Assembly: GCA_041170365.1 (NCBI GenBank)
Contig: JBEAYY010000026.1
Span: 5,527-69,526 of the forward strand
DNA from: Actinomycetota bacterium
Lineage (GTDB): Bacteria; Actinomycetota; Actinomycetes; S36-B12; UBA5976
Length of the DNA stretch: 64,000 nt
Reading direction: 5' to 3'
In this document: in pieces, positions 9,595-21,732 of the stretch
Position numbering within the stretch: the stretch's first letter is position 1
Layout: every line of letters starts with the position of its first letter
The notes under the pieces: generated by a model
Databases searched by the model: none
What the model saw: the letters and a program-made list of their open reading frames with translations, nothing else
What the model was told of the DNA's origin: nothing
Translations under genes and position numbers: made by a program

Positions 9595-10395
9595 TCAGTG
9601 TGACAAAGTAATATCTGCCGAGGATAAATTAACAGTTTTGGAACCTGTTTCTACTTTTAATTCCCCAGTTTCCAACACATCTACAGCTTTTCCTTGAATA
9701 ATATCTTTATCAAAAAGTTGAGCCTTTATTTCTTGACCAATTGTTACACAATTCTTTTTATAATCTCTGATGCTTGTATTAGTAGGCCAAACTGCTGCAA
9801 GATTTTCTTCTTGCCAAAGTGCAGCAAATTCTGATATAAAACTTGCAATTATTTCTTCTTTTGTTATTTCTCCACTTAAAATTGTCTTTAAACTAGTTGC
9901 GTTTTTAATCGGTAATTCATCATTTTTTTGATTGTAATTAATTCCAACTCCAACTACTGCGTATTCATCTATCATTTCCACTAAAATTCCAGAAAATTTG
10001 AATTGTTCATTGTTCTTTATTTGAACCAAATCATTAGGCCATTTTATTTTTATTTTGTCTGTAGTAAGAGATTCAAGGCTTCTAAATAAAGCAAGACTTG
10101 TTAGTAGTGGAATCCATGAGAGTCTTCCATTCTTAGTTGGTTTTAAAAAAATAGACATAAAAATCGAAGAGTTTTTTGGAGCAACCCAAGAACGATTTTG
10201 TCTTCCCTTGCCATGTGTTTGAAAATTAGCTAAGACAAATAAACCTTCTTTTTTTTCCATTTTTTTAATAAATTCATTAGTGGAGTCAACTTCATCAAGT
10301 AACACATATTCCTGCCAGAGACTGCTTCGTTTTTTGAGTTCCTGCGCTAAAACTTGAGTGTCTAGGCCTGCTCTGTTTTCGTAAAAATCTGTCAC
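9595..10395 (-). CDS. birA: biotin--[acetyl-CoA-carboxylase] ligase
   Basis: BirA core motifs: GKGRQNRSW biotin loop, FSGILVE, GVGINY. The track ORF extends to 10479 but would overlap accD5. An in-frame GTG at 10395 (VTDFYEN) leaves a 43-nt divergent spacer. The start is uncertain. Confidence 0.85.
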   Translation of the reverse strand: MTDFYENRAGLDTQVLAQELKKRSSLWQEYVLLDEVDSTNEFIKKMEKKEGLFVLANFQTHGKGRQNRSWVAPKNSSIFMSIFLKPTKNGRLSWIPLLTSLALFRSLESLTTDKIKIKWPNDLVQIKNNEQFKFSGILVEMIDEYAVVGVGINYNQKNDELPIKNATSLKTILSGEITKEEIIASFISEFAALWQEENLAAVWPTNTSIRDYKKNCVTIGQEIKAQLFDKDIIQGKAVDVLETGELKVETGSKTVNLSSADITLSH

Positions 10396-10438
10396 ACTAG
10401 TACCGTACGACAAGAGACATATATAGAGTGAGGACCAG

Positions 10439-12028
10439 GTGGCAGATAATTCAAGCGACAACATAAATCCTCGCACCACTGCGTCAAAATTAAAAAATCT
10501 TCAAGGAATAAAAAAAGAAATTCACCAAGATCAAGCCCAAATTGCCAAAGAAAAACAAAACGCTAAGGGTAAGAAAAGTGCTCGAGAAAGATTAGCAGCT
10601 CTTTTAGATGAAGGAACTTTCCAAGAAATTGATGAATTAGTAAAACATCAAAAAAATAATTTTGGAATGAATAAAAATCGTCCAGCAGGTGATGGTGTCA
10701 TCACTGGTTTTGGAACAATTGATGGTCGACCAATTTATGTTTATTCACAAGACTTCACAACTATGGGTGGATCTTTAGGTGAAGCAATGGGTGGAAAAAT
10801 TGTTAAATTAATGGATTTGGCAATAAAAACTGGCGCACCAATAGTTGGAATAAATGATTCAGGCGGCGCAAGAATTCAAGAAGGTGTTGCTTCATTAGCA
10901 ATGTATGGAGAAATATTTTTAAGAAATACTAAAGCTTCAGGTGTGGTTCCTCAGATTTCAATAATTATGGGACCCTGCGCAGGTGGAGCTGTTTATTCTC
11001 CAGCCTTAACTGATTTTGTGGTCATGGTTGATAAAACTTCACACATGTTTATTACAGGTCCTGATGTTATAAAAACTGTTACTGGAGAAGAAGTTTCTTT
11101 TGAAGATTTAGGTGGAGCAAGAGCACACGCTACAAAATCTGGAGTTGCTCATTACATGGCAAGTGATGAAGATGATGCCCTTGATTATGTTCGTACCTTA
11201 TTAAGTTTTCTTCCTTCAAATAATGCGGAATCTGCGCAACATTTTGATTCAAGAGTTGATTTAGAAATTAATCAACATGACTTAGAGATGGACTCACTTG
11301 TTCCTGATTCACCAAATCAGCCATATGACATGCATGTCTTAGTAAAACATGTTTTAGACGATGATGAATTTTTTGAAATACATTCAGGATGGGCGCCAAA
11401 CATTATGGTTGGCTTTGGAAGAATTGAAGGACAAAGTGTTGGAGTTGTGGCAAATCAACCAATGCAATTTGCAGGAACTTTAGATATTGAAGCTTCAGAA
11501 AAAGCCGCAAGATTTGTTAGAACATGTGATGCTTTTAATATTCCCATAATTACTTTTGTTGATGTTCCAGGATTTTTGCCTGGAGTTGATCAAGAATACG
11601 GTGGAATAATTAGACGTGGTGCAAAATTAATTTATGCTTACGCTGAAGCAACAGTTCCATTAATAACTGTTATTACAAGAAAAGCTTATGGTGGTGCATA
11701 TATTGTTATGGGCTCTAAACATTTAGGTGCTGACTTAAATTTTGCTTGGCCCACAGCTCAAGTTGCAGTAATGGGTGCTCAAGGGGCGGTAAATATTTTA
11801 TTTAGAAAAGAAATAAATTCAGCAAGTGATCAAATAAAAGAAAGACAAAATCGAATTAGTGAATATGAAGAAGCTTTTGATAATCCTTATGTTGCAGCTG
11901 AACGTGGATGGATAGATGCAGTTATTGCACCAAGTGAAACTAGAATTCGAATAATTAGAGGCTTAAGACAATTGATTACAAAAAGAGAATCAATGCCTCC
12001 AAAGAAACACGGAAATATTCCTTTATGA
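10439..12028 (+). CDS. accD5: acyl-CoA carboxylase carboxyltransferase beta subunit (AccD5/PccB-like)
   Basis: 529 aa with a GTG start. It has the carboxyltransferase N and C domains typical of propionyl/acetyl-CoA carboxylase beta chains. Same birA-accD5-accE5-maf-accA3 order as in mycobacteria. Confidence 0.95.
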   Translation: MADNSSDNINPRTTASKLKNLQGIKKEIHQDQAQIAKEKQNAKGKKSARERLAALLDEGTFQEIDELVKHQKNNFGMNKNRPAGDGVITGFGTIDGRPIYVYSQDFTTMGGSLGEAMGGKIVKLMDLAIKTGAPIVGINDSGGARIQEGVASLAMYGEIFLRNTKASGVVPQISIIMGPCAGGAVYSPALTDFVVMVDKTSHMFITGPDVIKTVTGEEVSFEDLGGARAHATKSGVAHYMASDEDDALDYVRTLLSFLPSNNAESAQHFDSRVDLEINQHDLEMDSLVPDSPNQPYDMHVLVKHVLDDDEFFEIHSGWAPNIMVGFGRIEGQSVGVVANQPMQFAGTLDIEASEKAARFVRTCDAFNIPIITFVDVPGFLPGVDQEYGGIIRRGAKLIYAYAEATVPLITVITRKAYGGAYIVMGSKHLGADLNFAWPTAQVAVMGAQGAVNILFRKEINSASDQIKERQNRISEYEEAFDNPYVAAERGWIDAVIAPSETRIRIIRGLRQLITKRESMPPKKHGNIPL

Positions 12029-12240
12029 GTAAACCTTTAGATTTCAAAGTAGTAAGAGGAAATCCAACTGCTGAAGAATTACATGCAATCGAAATCGCTT
12101 TAATTTCTGCGAAAAATTCTTCAGAGGATGTTTTAAAACAAAAATCTAGAATCAGTAATTGGAATAATCCAAGGTTAAAATTTAGAACTTCCCCACTACT
12201 AGATAGTGGTTGGCAATTTTCTAAAACAACTGGAGTATGA
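12025..12240 (+). CDS. accE5: acyl-CoA carboxylase epsilon subunit
   Basis: 71 aa. [18 protein letters not shown] is typical of AccE. ATGA overlaps with both neighbours. Confidence 0.8.
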   Translation: MSKPLDFKVVRGNPTAEELHAIEIALISAKNSSEDVLKQKSRISNWNNPRLKFRTSPLLDSGWQFSKTTGV

Positions 12241-12854
12241 GCTTTCCGGTAATTTTGGCATCTAATTCTCCAGCAAGACTGATGCTTCTAAAAACTCAAA
12301 AAATTAATCCAATAGTTATTCCTAGTGACGTTAATGAAAAAGAAATTGAGAAATCACTAAAAGATGCATCGATAACAAATATTGTTCAAGAACTATCAAT
12401 TGCAAAAGCAAAATATGTATTAGAAAACAATGTTTCCTTAGCAGAAGGTATTTTAATTGCCGCTGATTCCATGCTGGAATTTGAGAACAAGTCTTATGGA
12501 AAACCTTTAATTGCTGAATCAGCAATTCAAAGATGGAAAAATATGAGAGGAAAATCAGGAACTTTACACACTGGACACACAATTATTCGCTTGGATAATA
12601 AACAAAGTATTTCAAAAGTTGTTTCCACAAAAGTTTTTTTTGCAAATATTGATGATGAAGAAATTATTGACTACGTAGCAACAACAGAACCTTTAAATGT
12701 TGCAGGGGCCTTCACTATTGATTCTCTAGGAGCTGCATTTATATCTAAGGTCGAGGGTGATCACAGCAATGTAATTGGTTTATCTTTGCCAATTGTTCGA
12801 GAAATGGTCAAAGAACTTGGCTTGTCTTGGACCAAAATGTGGGACATCAAATAA
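12237..12854 (+). CDS. maf: Maf-like nucleoside triphosphate pyrophosphatase
   Basis: 205 aa. [13 protein letters not shown]...ADSM...GKP...AGAFTIDS are Maf family motifs. Confidence 0.9.
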   Translation: MSFPVILASNSPARLMLLKTQKINPIVIPSDVNEKEIEKSLKDASITNIVQELSIAKAKYVLENNVSLAEGILIAADSMLEFENKSYGKPLIAESAIQRWKNMRGKSGTLHTGHTIIRLDNKQSISKVVSTKVFFANIDDEEIIDYVATTEPLNVAGAFTIDSLGAAFISKVEGDHSNVIGLSLPIVREMVKELGLSWTKMWDIK

Positions 12855-12865
12855 AGTTAAACATC

Positions 12866-14650
12866 ATGGCAAAAACTGAATCTCCTAAATTTCCTATAAC
12901 TAAAGTTCTAATTGCAAATCGTGGAGAAATTGCTGTAAGAGTTGCAAGAGCTTGCAAAGATGCCGGAATTAAAAGTGTGGCAATTTATGCAGATCCTGAT
13001 CGAGACGCATTACATGTGTTGCATGCTGATGAGGCTTATGCTCTAAATGGCAATTTAGCTAGTGAAACATATTTATCTATTCCAAAAATTTTAGAAATTG
13101 CAAAAAAATCTGGAGCAGATGCAATTCATCCAGGTTATGGGTTTTTATCTGAAAATGCAGAGTTTGCTCAAAGAGTTATTGATGCGAATTTAATTTGGAT
13201 TGGACCTCCACCTGCTGCGATTAAAGCTTTAGGAGACAAAGTCCAAGCAAGACACATTGCATCAAAAGTAGGAGCACCTTTAGTTCCTGGAACTAAAGAT
13301 CCTGTTAAAGATGCAAATGAAGTGGTGGAATTTGCATCAGAGCATGGACTTCCAATTGCTATCAAAGCTGCATTTGGTGGTGGCGGTCGTGGTTTAAAAG
13401 TTGCTCGAAGTAAAGATGAAATTGTTGAACTTTATGAATCAGCTGTTAGAGAAGCAGTAGCAGCATTTGGCAGAGGCGAATGTTTTGTTGAAAGATATTT
13501 AGATAAACCAAGACATGTCGAAACTCAATGCTTAGCAGATAAGTACGGAAATGTAGTTGTAGTTTCAACAAGAGATTGCTCATTACAAAGAAGGCACCAA
13601 AAACTAGTTGAAGAAGCACCTGCTCCATTTTTAAATGACGAACAAAGAAAACAACTTTATGACTCTTCAAAAGCAATATTAAAAGAAGCAAAATATGAAG
13701 GTGCAGGAACTTGTGAGTTTTTAATTGGTCAAGACGGCACAATTTCTTTCTTAGAAGTAAATACAAGACTGCAAGTTGAGCATCCAGTGTCAGAAGAAGT
13801 TACTGGAATAGATTTAGTTCGCGAGCAAATAAGAATCGCAATGGGTGAAAAACTTGGTTATCACGATCCAATTATTAATGGCCATAGCATGGAATTTCGT
13901 ATAAACGGAGAAGATCCAGGTAGAAACTTTTTACCTGCTCCTGGTCAGTTGAAAGTTTGGAAAGAACCAAGTGGCACTGGTGTAAGAGTTGATGCCGGAT
14001 TTAAACAAGGTGACATTATTGGTGGAAATTTTGATTCTTTACTAGCCAAATTAATTGTTACTGGCGCAACTCGCCAAGAAGCATTAGAAAGAGCAAGAAG
14101 AGCTTTAACTGAATTTGAAGTCCAAGGAATTGCTACAGCAATTCCATTTCATAAAGCTGTTATTAGTGATCCAGCCTTTGCGCCAGTTGATCCTTTACAA
14201 AAATTTAGTGTTTACACAAGTTGGATTGAAAATGAATTTAATAATCAAATCCCTGCCTACGTTGATAATTCCAAAACATCTTTAATTGATGATCGTTCCA
14301 CTTTGGTATTAGAAGTAAATGGAAAAAGAATTGAAGTAACAATGCCTAATGGTTTATCTTCAGGAGGTGTTAAACAAAAGAAACCACCTGTGGCAAGACA
14401 TCAAAGAACGAACCTTGGATCTCTTGATTCAGATGCTGTTCAAAGTCCAATGCAAGGAACGTTGGTAAAAATTGCGGTTACTAACGGTCAAAGTGTTAAC
14501 GAAGGTGATCTTTTATTTGTCATTGAAGCTATGAAAATGGAACAGCCAATTTCAGCCCACAAATCTGGAGTAGTAAGTGAACTAAATGTTGAAGTTGGTG
14601 CCTCTGTTGCAAACGGGGCCGTACTTTTAGAAATTAGAGATAACTCTTAA
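12866..14650 (+). CDS. accA3: acetyl/propionyl-CoA carboxylase alpha subunit (biotin carboxylase + BCCP)
   Basis: The biotin carboxylase domain starts at [13 protein letters not shown], and the C-terminal biotinyl motif is EAMKME. ATG at 12866 (MAKTESPK) is preferred over the track start at 12827, which lies inside maf. Confidence 0.95.
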   Translation: MAKTESPKFPITKVLIANRGEIAVRVARACKDAGIKSVAIYADPDRDALHVLHADEAYALNGNLASETYLSIPKILEIAKKSGADAIHPGYGFLSENAEFAQRVIDANLIWIGPPPAAIKALGDKVQARHIASKVGAPLVPGTKDPVKDANEVVEFASEHGLPIAIKAAFGGGGRGLKVARSKDEIVELYESAVREAVAAFGRGECFVERYLDKPRHVETQCLADKYGNVVVVSTRDCSLQRRHQKLVEEAPAPFLNDEQRKQLYDSSKAILKEAKYEGAGTCEFLIGQDGTISFLEVNTRLQVEHPVSEEVTGIDLVREQIRIAMGEKLGYHDPIINGHSMEFRINGEDPGRNFLPAPGQLKVWKEPSGTGVRVDAGFKQGDIIGGNFDSLLAKLIVTGATRQEALERARRALTEFEVQGIATAIPFHKAVISDPAFAPVDPLQKFSVYTSWIENEFNNQIPAYVDNSKTSLIDDRSTLVLEVNGKRIEVTMPNGLSSGGVKQKKPPVARHQRTNLGSLDSDAVQSPMQGTLVKIAVTNGQSVNEGDLLFVIEAMKMEQPISAHKSGVVSELNVEVGASVANGAVLLEIRDNS

Positions 14651-14735
14651 GTCCTAATTTTGTGCGACATCTCACAAGGGTTTGAATAACTTCTGAGTAT
14701 GCACAAACCCTCATCCAAAGACTAAACTCTTTTTC

Positions 14736-15542
14736 ATGGCAATTAGCTCTATGGAAAAAGGTGTAGGTTCTCCTACCCGAGCTCAAGTTCCATATCGCCA
14801 TTTAAGAATTGATAAGTGGTGGATACAACCTGCAATAACAGTTGGTGTTTTAGTTTCATTCATTATTTATTCAACATTTAGGGCATTTGAGAATAAGTTT
14901 TATTTCACTGAACCACTAATTTCACCTTTTTACTCACCTTGCTTGGCAACAAGTTGTGTTGAAGGTGCATCACATCTAGGTCAACCATTTGGTAGTTGGT
15001 GGATATTGTCACCTGCGCTAATAATTCTTGTGTTCCCACTTGGATTTAGATTGACTTGTTATTACTACAGAAAAACCTATTACCGTTCATTCTGGCAATC
15101 ACCACCTGCTTGCGCAGTTGCCGAACCACACAAATCATATTCTGGTGAAACTAAATCTCCTTTAATTTTGCAAAATGCCCACAGATATTTTTTCTTCGCC
15201 GGATTAATATTTAACATAATTCTTACTTATGATGCAATTATTGCTTTTAAAGATCCGCAAGGTAACTGGGGACATTTAAGTGTAGGAACACTTGTCATGG
15301 TTGCAAATGCCACTTTGCTTTGGTTGTATTCACTTTCTTGCCACTCTTGTAGACATGCAATTGGTGGAAGATTAAAACATTTTTCAAAACATCCCCTTCG
15401 ATATAAAAGCTGGACAATAGTTTCAAAATTAAATGTGCATCACGCCAAATTTGCATGGGTTTCATTAATTGGTGTTGCTCTTTGTGATCTATATGTTCGT
15501 TTAGTTGCCAGTGGAACAATAACTAACTTTTATTTCTTTTAA
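14736..15542 (+). CDS. sdhC: succinate dehydrogenase membrane anchor/cytochrome b subunit (actinobacterial Sdh1-type)
   Basis: 268 aa polytopic protein directly upstream of sdhA/sdhB. CYYYRKTYYR and conserved His residues recall the Rv0249c family. Confidence 0.75.
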   Translation: MAISSMEKGVGSPTRAQVPYRHLRIDKWWIQPAITVGVLVSFIIYSTFRAFENKFYFTEPLISPFYSPCLATSCVEGASHLGQPFGSWWILSPALIILVFPLGFRLTCYYYRKTYYRSFWQSPPACAVAEPHKSYSGETKSPLILQNAHRYFFFAGLIFNIILTYDAIIAFKDPQGNWGHLSVGTLVMVANATLLWLYSLSCHSCRHAIGGRLKHFSKHPLRYKSWTIVSKLNVHHAKFAWVSLIGVALCDLYVRLVASGTITNFYFF

Positions 15543-15555
15543 AGGAGAAATTTAA

Positions 15556-17445
15556 ATGAGCGAAGTTGAACGTCACGACTTTGATGTCGTGATTGTTGGA
15601 GCAGGTGGTGCTGGACTTCGTGCTGCAATTGAAGCAAGAGCAAATGGTTTAAGAACAGCAATTATTTGTAAATCACTTTTTGGCAAAGCACACACTGTTA
15701 TGGCAGAAGGTGGCATTGCTGCATCAATGGGAAATGTGAACTCAAATGACAACTGGAAAGTTCACTTCAGAGACACAATGCGTGGTGGAAAATTTCAAAA
15801 TCATTGGAGAATGGCAGAGCTTCATGCCAAAGAATCTCCTGATCGAGTTTGGGAATTAGAAACCTATGGTGCCTTATTTGATCGGACAAAAGATGGCAAA
15901 ATCAGCCAAAGGAATTTCGGTGGTCATGAATATCCAAGACTTGCTCACGTTGGCGATAGAACTGGACTTGAATTAATTAGAACTTTGCAACAAAAAATTG
16001 TTTCTCTCCAACAAGAAGATTTTAAAGAAAGTGGCGATTATGAAAAAAGAATTAAAGTTTTTGCTGAATTAACAATTACCGAGATTTTAAAAACAGATAA
16101 TAAAGTAACAGGCGTTCTTGGCTATTGGAGAGAATCTGGAAAATTTGTAATGTTTCAAGCTCCAGCAGTTGTTTTGGCAACTGGTGGTATTGGAAAATCT
16201 TTCAAAGTAACTTCCAATTCATGGGAAGGTACCGGAGATGGACATGCACTTGCTTTGAAAGCCGGTGGAAATTTAATGCATATGGAATTTGTGCAATTTC
16301 ATCCAACTGGAATGGTTTGGCCACCAAGTGTTAAAGGAATTTTAGTTACAGAATCTGTGCGTGGTGACGGTGGAGTTTTGAAAAACTCTGAAGGTAAAAG
16401 ATTTATGTTTAATTACATTCCTGCAGTATTTAAAGATAAATATGCTGAAACAGAAGAAGAAGCAGACAGATGGTATGAAAATCCAGATTCAAATAGAAGA
16501 CCACCAGAATTATTACCAAGAGATGAAGTTGCTCGTGCCATTAATTCAGAAGTAAAAGCTGGAAGAGGCTCACCCCATGGTGGAGTTTTCCTAGATGTTT
16601 CAACTCGTTTAAAACCAGAAGTTATCAAAAAAAGACTTCCTTCGATGTGGCATCAATTCAAAGAATTAGCAGATGTTGATATCACCGAACAACCAATGGA
16701 AGTTGGTCCAACTTGTCATTATGTAATGGGTGGAATTCAAGTTGATCCTGATTCAGGTGCAGCAACTGGAGTTGAAGGCTTATTTGCTGCAGGTGAAGTT
16801 GCAGGTGGAATGCATGGTTCAAATCGTTTAGGTGGAAATTCTTTATCTGATCTTTTAGTTTTTGGTCGTCGCGCAGGAATTGGTGCAAGTGAATATGTTA
16901 AAAAATTAAGCAATAGACCTAAAGTTGATGAGAAAAATCTTGAAAATGCACTAACTGTAGCTGAAGCTCCTTTGAATTCTTCCAATAAAGAAAATCCATA
17001 TGCCTTGCATCAAGAGTTACAACAAATGATGAACGATCTTGTTGGAATTATTCGCGATGGTCAGGAAATGAAAGAAGCTATTGAAAAACTTGAAAATCTA
17101 AAGCAAAAAACTAAAAATATTGGTGTTGACGGTGGAAAGCAATTTAACCCAGGTTGGCACCTTTCTCTTGATTTACAAAACATGTTGCTAGTTAGTGAAT
17201 CAATAGCAAAAAGTGCTTTAGTTAGAGAAGAATCCCGCGGTGGTCATACCAGAAATGATTTTCCAACCATGGATAAAAACTGGAGATCAAAACATGTTAT
17301 TTGTTCATGGAATGGATCAAAAATTGAAACTAGAATTGAAACCATAGTGCCAATGCCTAAAGAGTTAGCAGAACTTTTTGAAAAGGAAGAATTATCTAAA
17401 TACATGTTGCCTGAAGAATTAACTCAACTTGGAATGGGAGCTTAA
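15556..17445 (+). CDS. sdhA: succinate dehydrogenase/fumarate reductase flavoprotein subunit
   Basis: 629 aa. FAD-binding VVIVGAGGAGLRAA, the covalent-FAD His region SHTVMAEGG-like (AHTVMAEGG), and ESRGGHTR. Confidence 0.95.
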   Translation: MSEVERHDFDVVIVGAGGAGLRAAIEARANGLRTAIICKSLFGKAHTVMAEGGIAASMGNVNSNDNWKVHFRDTMRGGKFQNHWRMAELHAKESPDRVWELETYGALFDRTKDGKISQRNFGGHEYPRLAHVGDRTGLELIRTLQQKIVSLQQEDFKESGDYEKRIKVFAELTITEILKTDNKVTGVLGYWRESGKFVMFQAPAVVLATGGIGKSFKVTSNSWEGTGDGHALALKAGGNLMHMEFVQFHPTGMVWPPSVKGILVTESVRGDGGVLKNSEGKRFMFNYIPAVFKDKYAETEEEADRWYENPDSNRRPPELLPRDEVARAINSEVKAGRGSPHGGVFLDVSTRLKPEVIKKRLPSMWHQFKELADVDITEQPMEVGPTCHYVMGGIQVDPDSGAATGVEGLFAAGEVAGGMHGSNRLGGNSLSDLLVFGRRAGIGASEYVKKLSNRPKVDEKNLENALTVAEAPLNSSNKENPYALHQELQQMMNDLVGIIRDGQEMKEAIEKLENLKQKTKNIGVDGGKQFNPGWHLSLDLQNMLLVSESIAKSALVREESRGGHTRNDFPTMDKNWRSKHVICSWNGSKIETRIETIVPMPKELAELFEKEELSKYMLPEELTQLGMGA

Positions 17446-17447
17446 TT

Positions 17448-18203
17448 ATGGGTTATCTTGCAAAATTAAGAGTTTGGCGTGGCAACAAAGAAAAAGGTGA
17501 ATTAAAGAATTACCAAGTTGATGTTGCTGAAGGTGAAGTTTTATTAGACGTAATTCATAGAATCCAAGCAACTGAAAGTCCAGATTTAGCTGTCAGATGG
17601 AATTGTAAAGCTGGTAAATGTGGTTCATGTAGCGCTGAAATTAATGGCAAACCAAGTTTGATGTGTATGACCAGAATGAACACATTTGAAGAAGGCCAAG
17701 AGATCACAGTAACTCCTTTAAGAACTTTTCCAGTAATAAAAGATTTAGTAACAGATGTTTCGTTTAACTATCAAAAAGCTCGCGAAATTCCAGCATTTAA
17801 GGGTCCAGATAACTTGAAACCTGGTGAATATCGAATGCAACAAGTCGATGTAGAAAGAAGTCAAGAATTTAGAAAATGTATTGAATGCTTCTTATGTCAA
17901 GATGTTTGTCACGTTATTAGAGATCATGAAGATAACAAGCCTAAATTTGCTGGTCCAAGATTTTTTATTCGTTTAGCTGAACTAGATATGCATCCTCTAG
18001 ATCAATTAGATCGTAAAAAAGAATCTCAAGAAAATCATGGTTTAGGAATGTGTAACATCACTAAATGTTGCACAGAAGTATGTCCAGAGCACATAAAGAT
18101 TACAGATAATGCGATTATTCCAATGAAAGAAAGAGTTGTTGATAAAAAGTATGATCCACTAGTTTGGCTAGGTCGAACAATTACCAGAAGAAAATCTAGT
18201 TAA
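17448..18203 (+). CDS. sdhB: succinate dehydrogenase/fumarate reductase iron-sulfur subunit
   Basis: 251 aa. 2Fe-2S cysteines ([10 protein letters not shown]...C) and ferredoxin-like clusters ([23 protein letters not shown]). Confidence 0.95.
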   Translation: MGYLAKLRVWRGNKEKGELKNYQVDVAEGEVLLDVIHRIQATESPDLAVRWNCKAGKCGSCSAEINGKPSLMCMTRMNTFEEGQEITVTPLRTFPVIKDLVTDVSFNYQKAREIPAFKGPDNLKPGEYRMQQVDVERSQEFRKCIECFLCQDVCHVIRDHEDNKPKFAGPRFFIRLAELDMHPLDQLDRKKESQENHGLGMCNITKCCTEVCPEHIKITDNAIIPMKERVVDKKYDPLVWLGRTITRRKSS

Positions 18204-19192
18204 AACCCAACTTTTTCATAGACATTCTTTAAAGTCTTAGCAGCAACAAGTTCTGCTTTTTGAGCACCTTCCATCATCAAATTATTAAGAGTTTTTTCAT
18301 CATTTAGAAGATTATTTGTTTTTTCTCTAAAAGGATTAATGACATTTTCTACAACAACTTCACCGGCATAGGTTTTTAAATCCCCATAACCTTTATTCAC
18401 AAAACTGTCTTCTATTTCTTGAATACTATTATTTGTCACAGATTTAATAATTGAAATTAAATTAGATACTCCTGGCTTATTTTCTGGATCATATTTAATA
18501 TCTTTACCAGAATCAGTAACAGCAGTCTTGAATTTTTTCATTACTACACTTGGTTCATCTAAAATAAAAATACAACCAGATGGTGAAGACTTACTCATTT
18601 TAGAAGTTGGATCTTGTAAATCAAGAATCTTGGCGGTTTCTTTAACAATATAGGCTTCCGGCACTGTAAAAGTCTGACCAAATTGATTATTAAATCTTGT
18701 TGCTAAATCTCTTGTTAGTTCTAAGTGTTGACGTTGATCTTCTCCAACTGGTACTTGGTTTGCTTGATAAAGCAAAATATCTGCTGCTTGCAAAATTGGA
18801 TATGTAAATAATCCAACAGAAGATCGCTCACTACCGCCTTTTTGAGTCTTATCTTTAAATTGAGTCATTCTGTTTGCTTCACCAAAACCTGTGAAACAAC
18901 TTAAAACCCATGCAAGTTGAGAATGTTGTGGAACTTGGCTTTGAACAAAAATTGTACTTTTAGAAGGATCCACACCGACTGCTAAAAGTTGGGCAAAAGA
19001 AGTTAAAGTTCTTTTCTTTAATAATTTAGGTTCAAATTCAGCAGTAATGGCATGTAAATCAACTACTGAATAAAAACAATTATGAGTTTCTTGCATTTGC
19101 ACCCATTGGCGAAGTGCACCAAACCAGTTACCTATATGAAAAGAATCTGCAGTTGGCTGAATACCGGATAGAACACTTGGCTTATTCGCCAC
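18200..19192 (-). CDS. trpS: tryptophan--tRNA ligase
   Basis: 330 aa with a GTG start. Class I motifs FHIGN (HIGH) and KMSKS. Its stop overlaps the sdhB stop (TTAA). Confidence 0.95.
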   Translation of the reverse strand: MANKPSVLSGIQPTADSFHIGNWFGALRQWVQMQETHNCFYSVVDLHAITAEFEPKLLKKRTLTSFAQLLAVGVDPSKSTIFVQSQVPQHSQLAWVLSCFTGFGEANRMTQFKDKTQKGGSERSSVGLFTYPILQAADILLYQANQVPVGEDQRQHLELTRDLATRFNNQFGQTFTVPEAYIVKETAKILDLQDPTSKMSKSSPSGCIFILDEPSVVMKKFKTAVTDSGKDIKYDPENKPGVSNLISIIKSVTNNSIQEIEDSFVNKGYGDLKTYAGEVVVENVINPFREKTNNLLNDEKTLNNLMMEGAQKAELVAAKTLKNVYEKVGF

Positions 19193-19255
19193 TTTTCACC
19201 AACTTTTTAAAATCAACTGTTTCTTACATCTTATCTAAAAAACAACCAAATCGTT

Positions 19256-20428
19256 TCAGTGATCTAAGTTATTATTACTTTTTTCTGCCAAAATTGCTGC
19301 CAATATCGTTGTGATTGGTACTGCTAAAACTAGTCCTATGGAACCAACCAAAGTCCTAACTATTTCCTGTGCAATTGCCTCACTACTTAAAATGAATTGA
19401 GTTGGTCTATCAGAAATAAATATCAATAATAATGTTGGTAATGCAGCACCTGTGTATGTAAAAAGTAAGGTATAAACAGTAGAAGCAATATGATCTCTTC
19501 CTATTCGCATCCCAGATCTAAACAAATCAAATATTGATAATTTTGGATTTGAATTCTTAATTTCCCACACGGATGAGGCTTGGGTCACAGTTACATCATT
19601 TAAAACTCCTACAGAGGCAAAAATAATTCCTGCTAAAAGTAAACCATCAAGTCGTATTGAGGTAACTCCTGAAAGTAAAAAATCATCATCAGAAGAGATT
19701 CCTGAAAAATTTCCAAAACTAATTACAATCAGAGATAAAATTGCCGTAAGAATGATTCCAAATAAAGTCCCAAGTACCGCAACAGAAGTTCTGATTGAAA
19801 TTCCATGAGCAATATATAGAAGAAATAAAACTAAACCCGAAGACGAAATCACGGCAATCGTTAAAGGATCTTTACCTTCTAAAAGAGATGGAAGTAGAAA
19901 AGTTAAAAGAACAAAAAAAGTTGAGATTAGTCCAATAATTGCGCCTAGACCTCTTAATTTTCCAATAACCAGAGTAACAATAGAGAAAATTGCAGCTACA
20001 ATTATAAGTAAATTAGTTCTATCAACATCCATAAAAAGAAAAACTTCTGAATCAAATTCATTTGCTGGAATTCTGAGTAATTGAACTTTAGATCCTGGCG
20101 TTAATTTATAATTTGCATTTGTTGAGTCGAATTCAAATTCAATTTCACTTATACTTTTGTTATTTGATTTAAATTTTGCAGTATAAATTTCACATGTCAC
20201 TACTTGATTAGCTTCTGGACTTTGAGGAATTCCTACACATTCTTTATTTGACTGACCAACAACTTCTGCCAATATGTATTCAGAGCCTTCCACCGCATCA
20301 AGATTTCCTTCTAATCTAAAAATATTTCCCTGAGGTAAATTAGTCATTACACCAATTACTACAAAAATAAAACTTGAAATAATAAGTCCTACAACTATTT
20401 TTGCTTTTGCAGTAAGTGATTTACTCAA
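19256..20428 (-). CDS. YibE/F family membrane protein
   Basis: 390 aa. One N-terminal TM helix, an extracytoplasmic domain, then about seven TM helices. GRDHIASTVYTLLFTYTGAALP is typical of YibE/F. Confidence 0.7.
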   Translation of the reverse strand: MSKSLTAKAKIVVGLIISSFIFVVIGVMTNLPQGNIFRLEGNLDAVEGSEYILAEVVGQSNKECVGIPQSPEANQVVTCEIYTAKFKSNNKSISEIEFEFDSTNANYKLTPGSKVQLLRIPANEFDSEVFLFMDVDRTNLLIIVAAIFSIVTLVIGKLRGLGAIIGLISTFFVLLTFLLPSLLEGKDPLTIAVISSSGLVLFLLYIAHGISIRTSVAVLGTLFGIILTAILSLIVISFGNFSGISSDDDFLLSGVTSIRLDGLLLAGIIFASVGVLNDVTVTQASSVWEIKNSNPKLSIFDLFRSGMRIGRDHIASTVYTLLFTYTGAALPTLLLIFISDRPTQFILSSEAIAQEIVRTLVGSIGLVLAVPITTILAAILAEKSNNNLDH

Positions 20429-21698
20429 TACGTGTTACCTTAACTTTTGCAATTCTACGTACATCCATGGCAATGATTTCAAACTTACATTGCTCAGCAA
20501 TTATAGATTTACCTAGAATTGGAAGAGTTTTCAATTTTGATATGACAAATCCTGCAACTGTTTCATATGGACCCTCAGGTAAATGAATATGAGTTAAATC
20601 TGCAAAATCATCTAAGTTCATCAAACCATCAACTTCAACTTCTCCATGAAAATCAAGTTCATTAATTTCTTCCTTAACCACATCGTTTTCATGTCTTATG
20701 TCACCTATTAATTCTTCAACCAAGTCCTCTAAGGTAACAATTCCAGCTGTGCCGCCATATTCATCAGCCACAATCATTATGTGATGATTTCTTTTTCTCA
20801 TTTGCCCTAATGCATTTAAAATTGAAGTGGTTCCAGGAATAACTTCAACCGGAGATGATATTTCTTTTAAAGTCTTTGAAGAATTTCTTGCATCATTTGA
20901 AATTAATTGTCTAATGTGAACATAACCTAAAATTTCATCAGCATTTTTATTAATTATTGGATACTTTGTATGGGGCAATTTTTCAACTTTCTTACAAGCT
21001 TCTGCTAAAGTTATGTCTGCATTTAAGAATTCAACCTCAGTTCTAGGTGTCATTACTTCTTTTATTTCTCTATCGTCAGCTTCAAACACATCATCAATTA
21101 AGGCTCGTTCGTTATCACTTAATTCTTCATGACCTGCTACTAAATCTCTTAAATCTTCACCACTTAATTCTTGTCTACTTGCCGTTGGGTCTCCTCCAAG
21201 TAATTTGACAAGTAAATTTGTGGAATTACTTAATAACCAAATAAATGGTCTACTTATTCTTGCAAGAATTTCAATTGGATAAACGGCAATTAATGCCCAA
21301 CTTTCAGAATTTTGTAGAGCTAAACGTTTAGGTACAAGTTCTCCCAACACTAAAGAAAAATAAGAAATGAATAGTGTTATCAAGATAAAAGCTAAAATTG
21401 ACACAACTGATTCTGGTAACAATTGATCTAGAATTGGAGATAACACTGGAGTCAAACTTGAGGCACCAAATCCAGCACCAATAAATCCTGCAACAGTTAC
21501 TCCCACTTGAACTGAAGCTAGAAATCTATTTGGATGATCATGAAGTTCTTTTAGTAAACGACCACGTCTTCCTTTTGTTTCAGCTAATCTTTTTACTTGT
21601 GATTCTCTAACAGAAACTAATGCAATTTCAGCCGCGGCAAAAAATCCGCCAATCATGATAAAAATTAAAACGATAAGGGCACTAACCCAAGTACTCAT
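20421..21698 (-). CDS. CNNM/hemolysin-family protein (DUF21-CBS pair-CorC_HlyC)
   Basis: 425 aa. Four N-terminal TM helices, a CBS pair, and a C-terminal transporter-associated domain. It overlaps the YibE/F gene by 8 nt. Confidence 0.85.
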   Translation of the reverse strand: MSTWVSALIVLIFIMIGGFFAAAEIALVSVRESQVKRLAETKGRRGRLLKELHDHPNRFLASVQVGVTVAGFIGAGFGASSLTPVLSPILDQLLPESVVSILAFILITLFISYFSLVLGELVPKRLALQNSESWALIAVYPIEILARISRPFIWLLSNSTNLLVKLLGGDPTASRQELSGEDLRDLVAGHEELSDNERALIDDVFEADDREIKEVMTPRTEVEFLNADITLAEACKKVEKLPHTKYPIINKNADEILGYVHIRQLISNDARNSSKTLKEISSPVEVIPGTTSILNALGQMRKRNHHIMIVADEYGGTAGIVTLEDLVEELIGDIRHENDVVKEEINELDFHGEVEVDGLMNLDDFADLTHIHLPEGPYETVAGFVISKLKTLPILGKSIIAEQCKFEIIAMDVRRIAKVKVTRIE

Positions 21699-21732
21699 AT
21701 TTTTTTAATATTACCTAAGTGAAGTTTTCTCT

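Noticed and set aside
12827-12865. N-terminal extensions of track ORFs (accA3 from 12827; also PIG-L from 33167, copC-like from 40728, yaaA from 50061)
   Set aside because: The extensions run into the preceding or opposing gene and precede the conserved family N-termini. Internal ATGs at 12866, 33263, 40746 and 50139 give normal-length proteins.
14677-14711. Inverted repeat AGGGTTTG-N19-CAAACCCT between accA3 and sdhC
   Set aside because: It could be an accA3 terminator or an sdh operator. However, it has a large loop and no following T-run on either strand, so it is not distinguishable from chance without comparative data.
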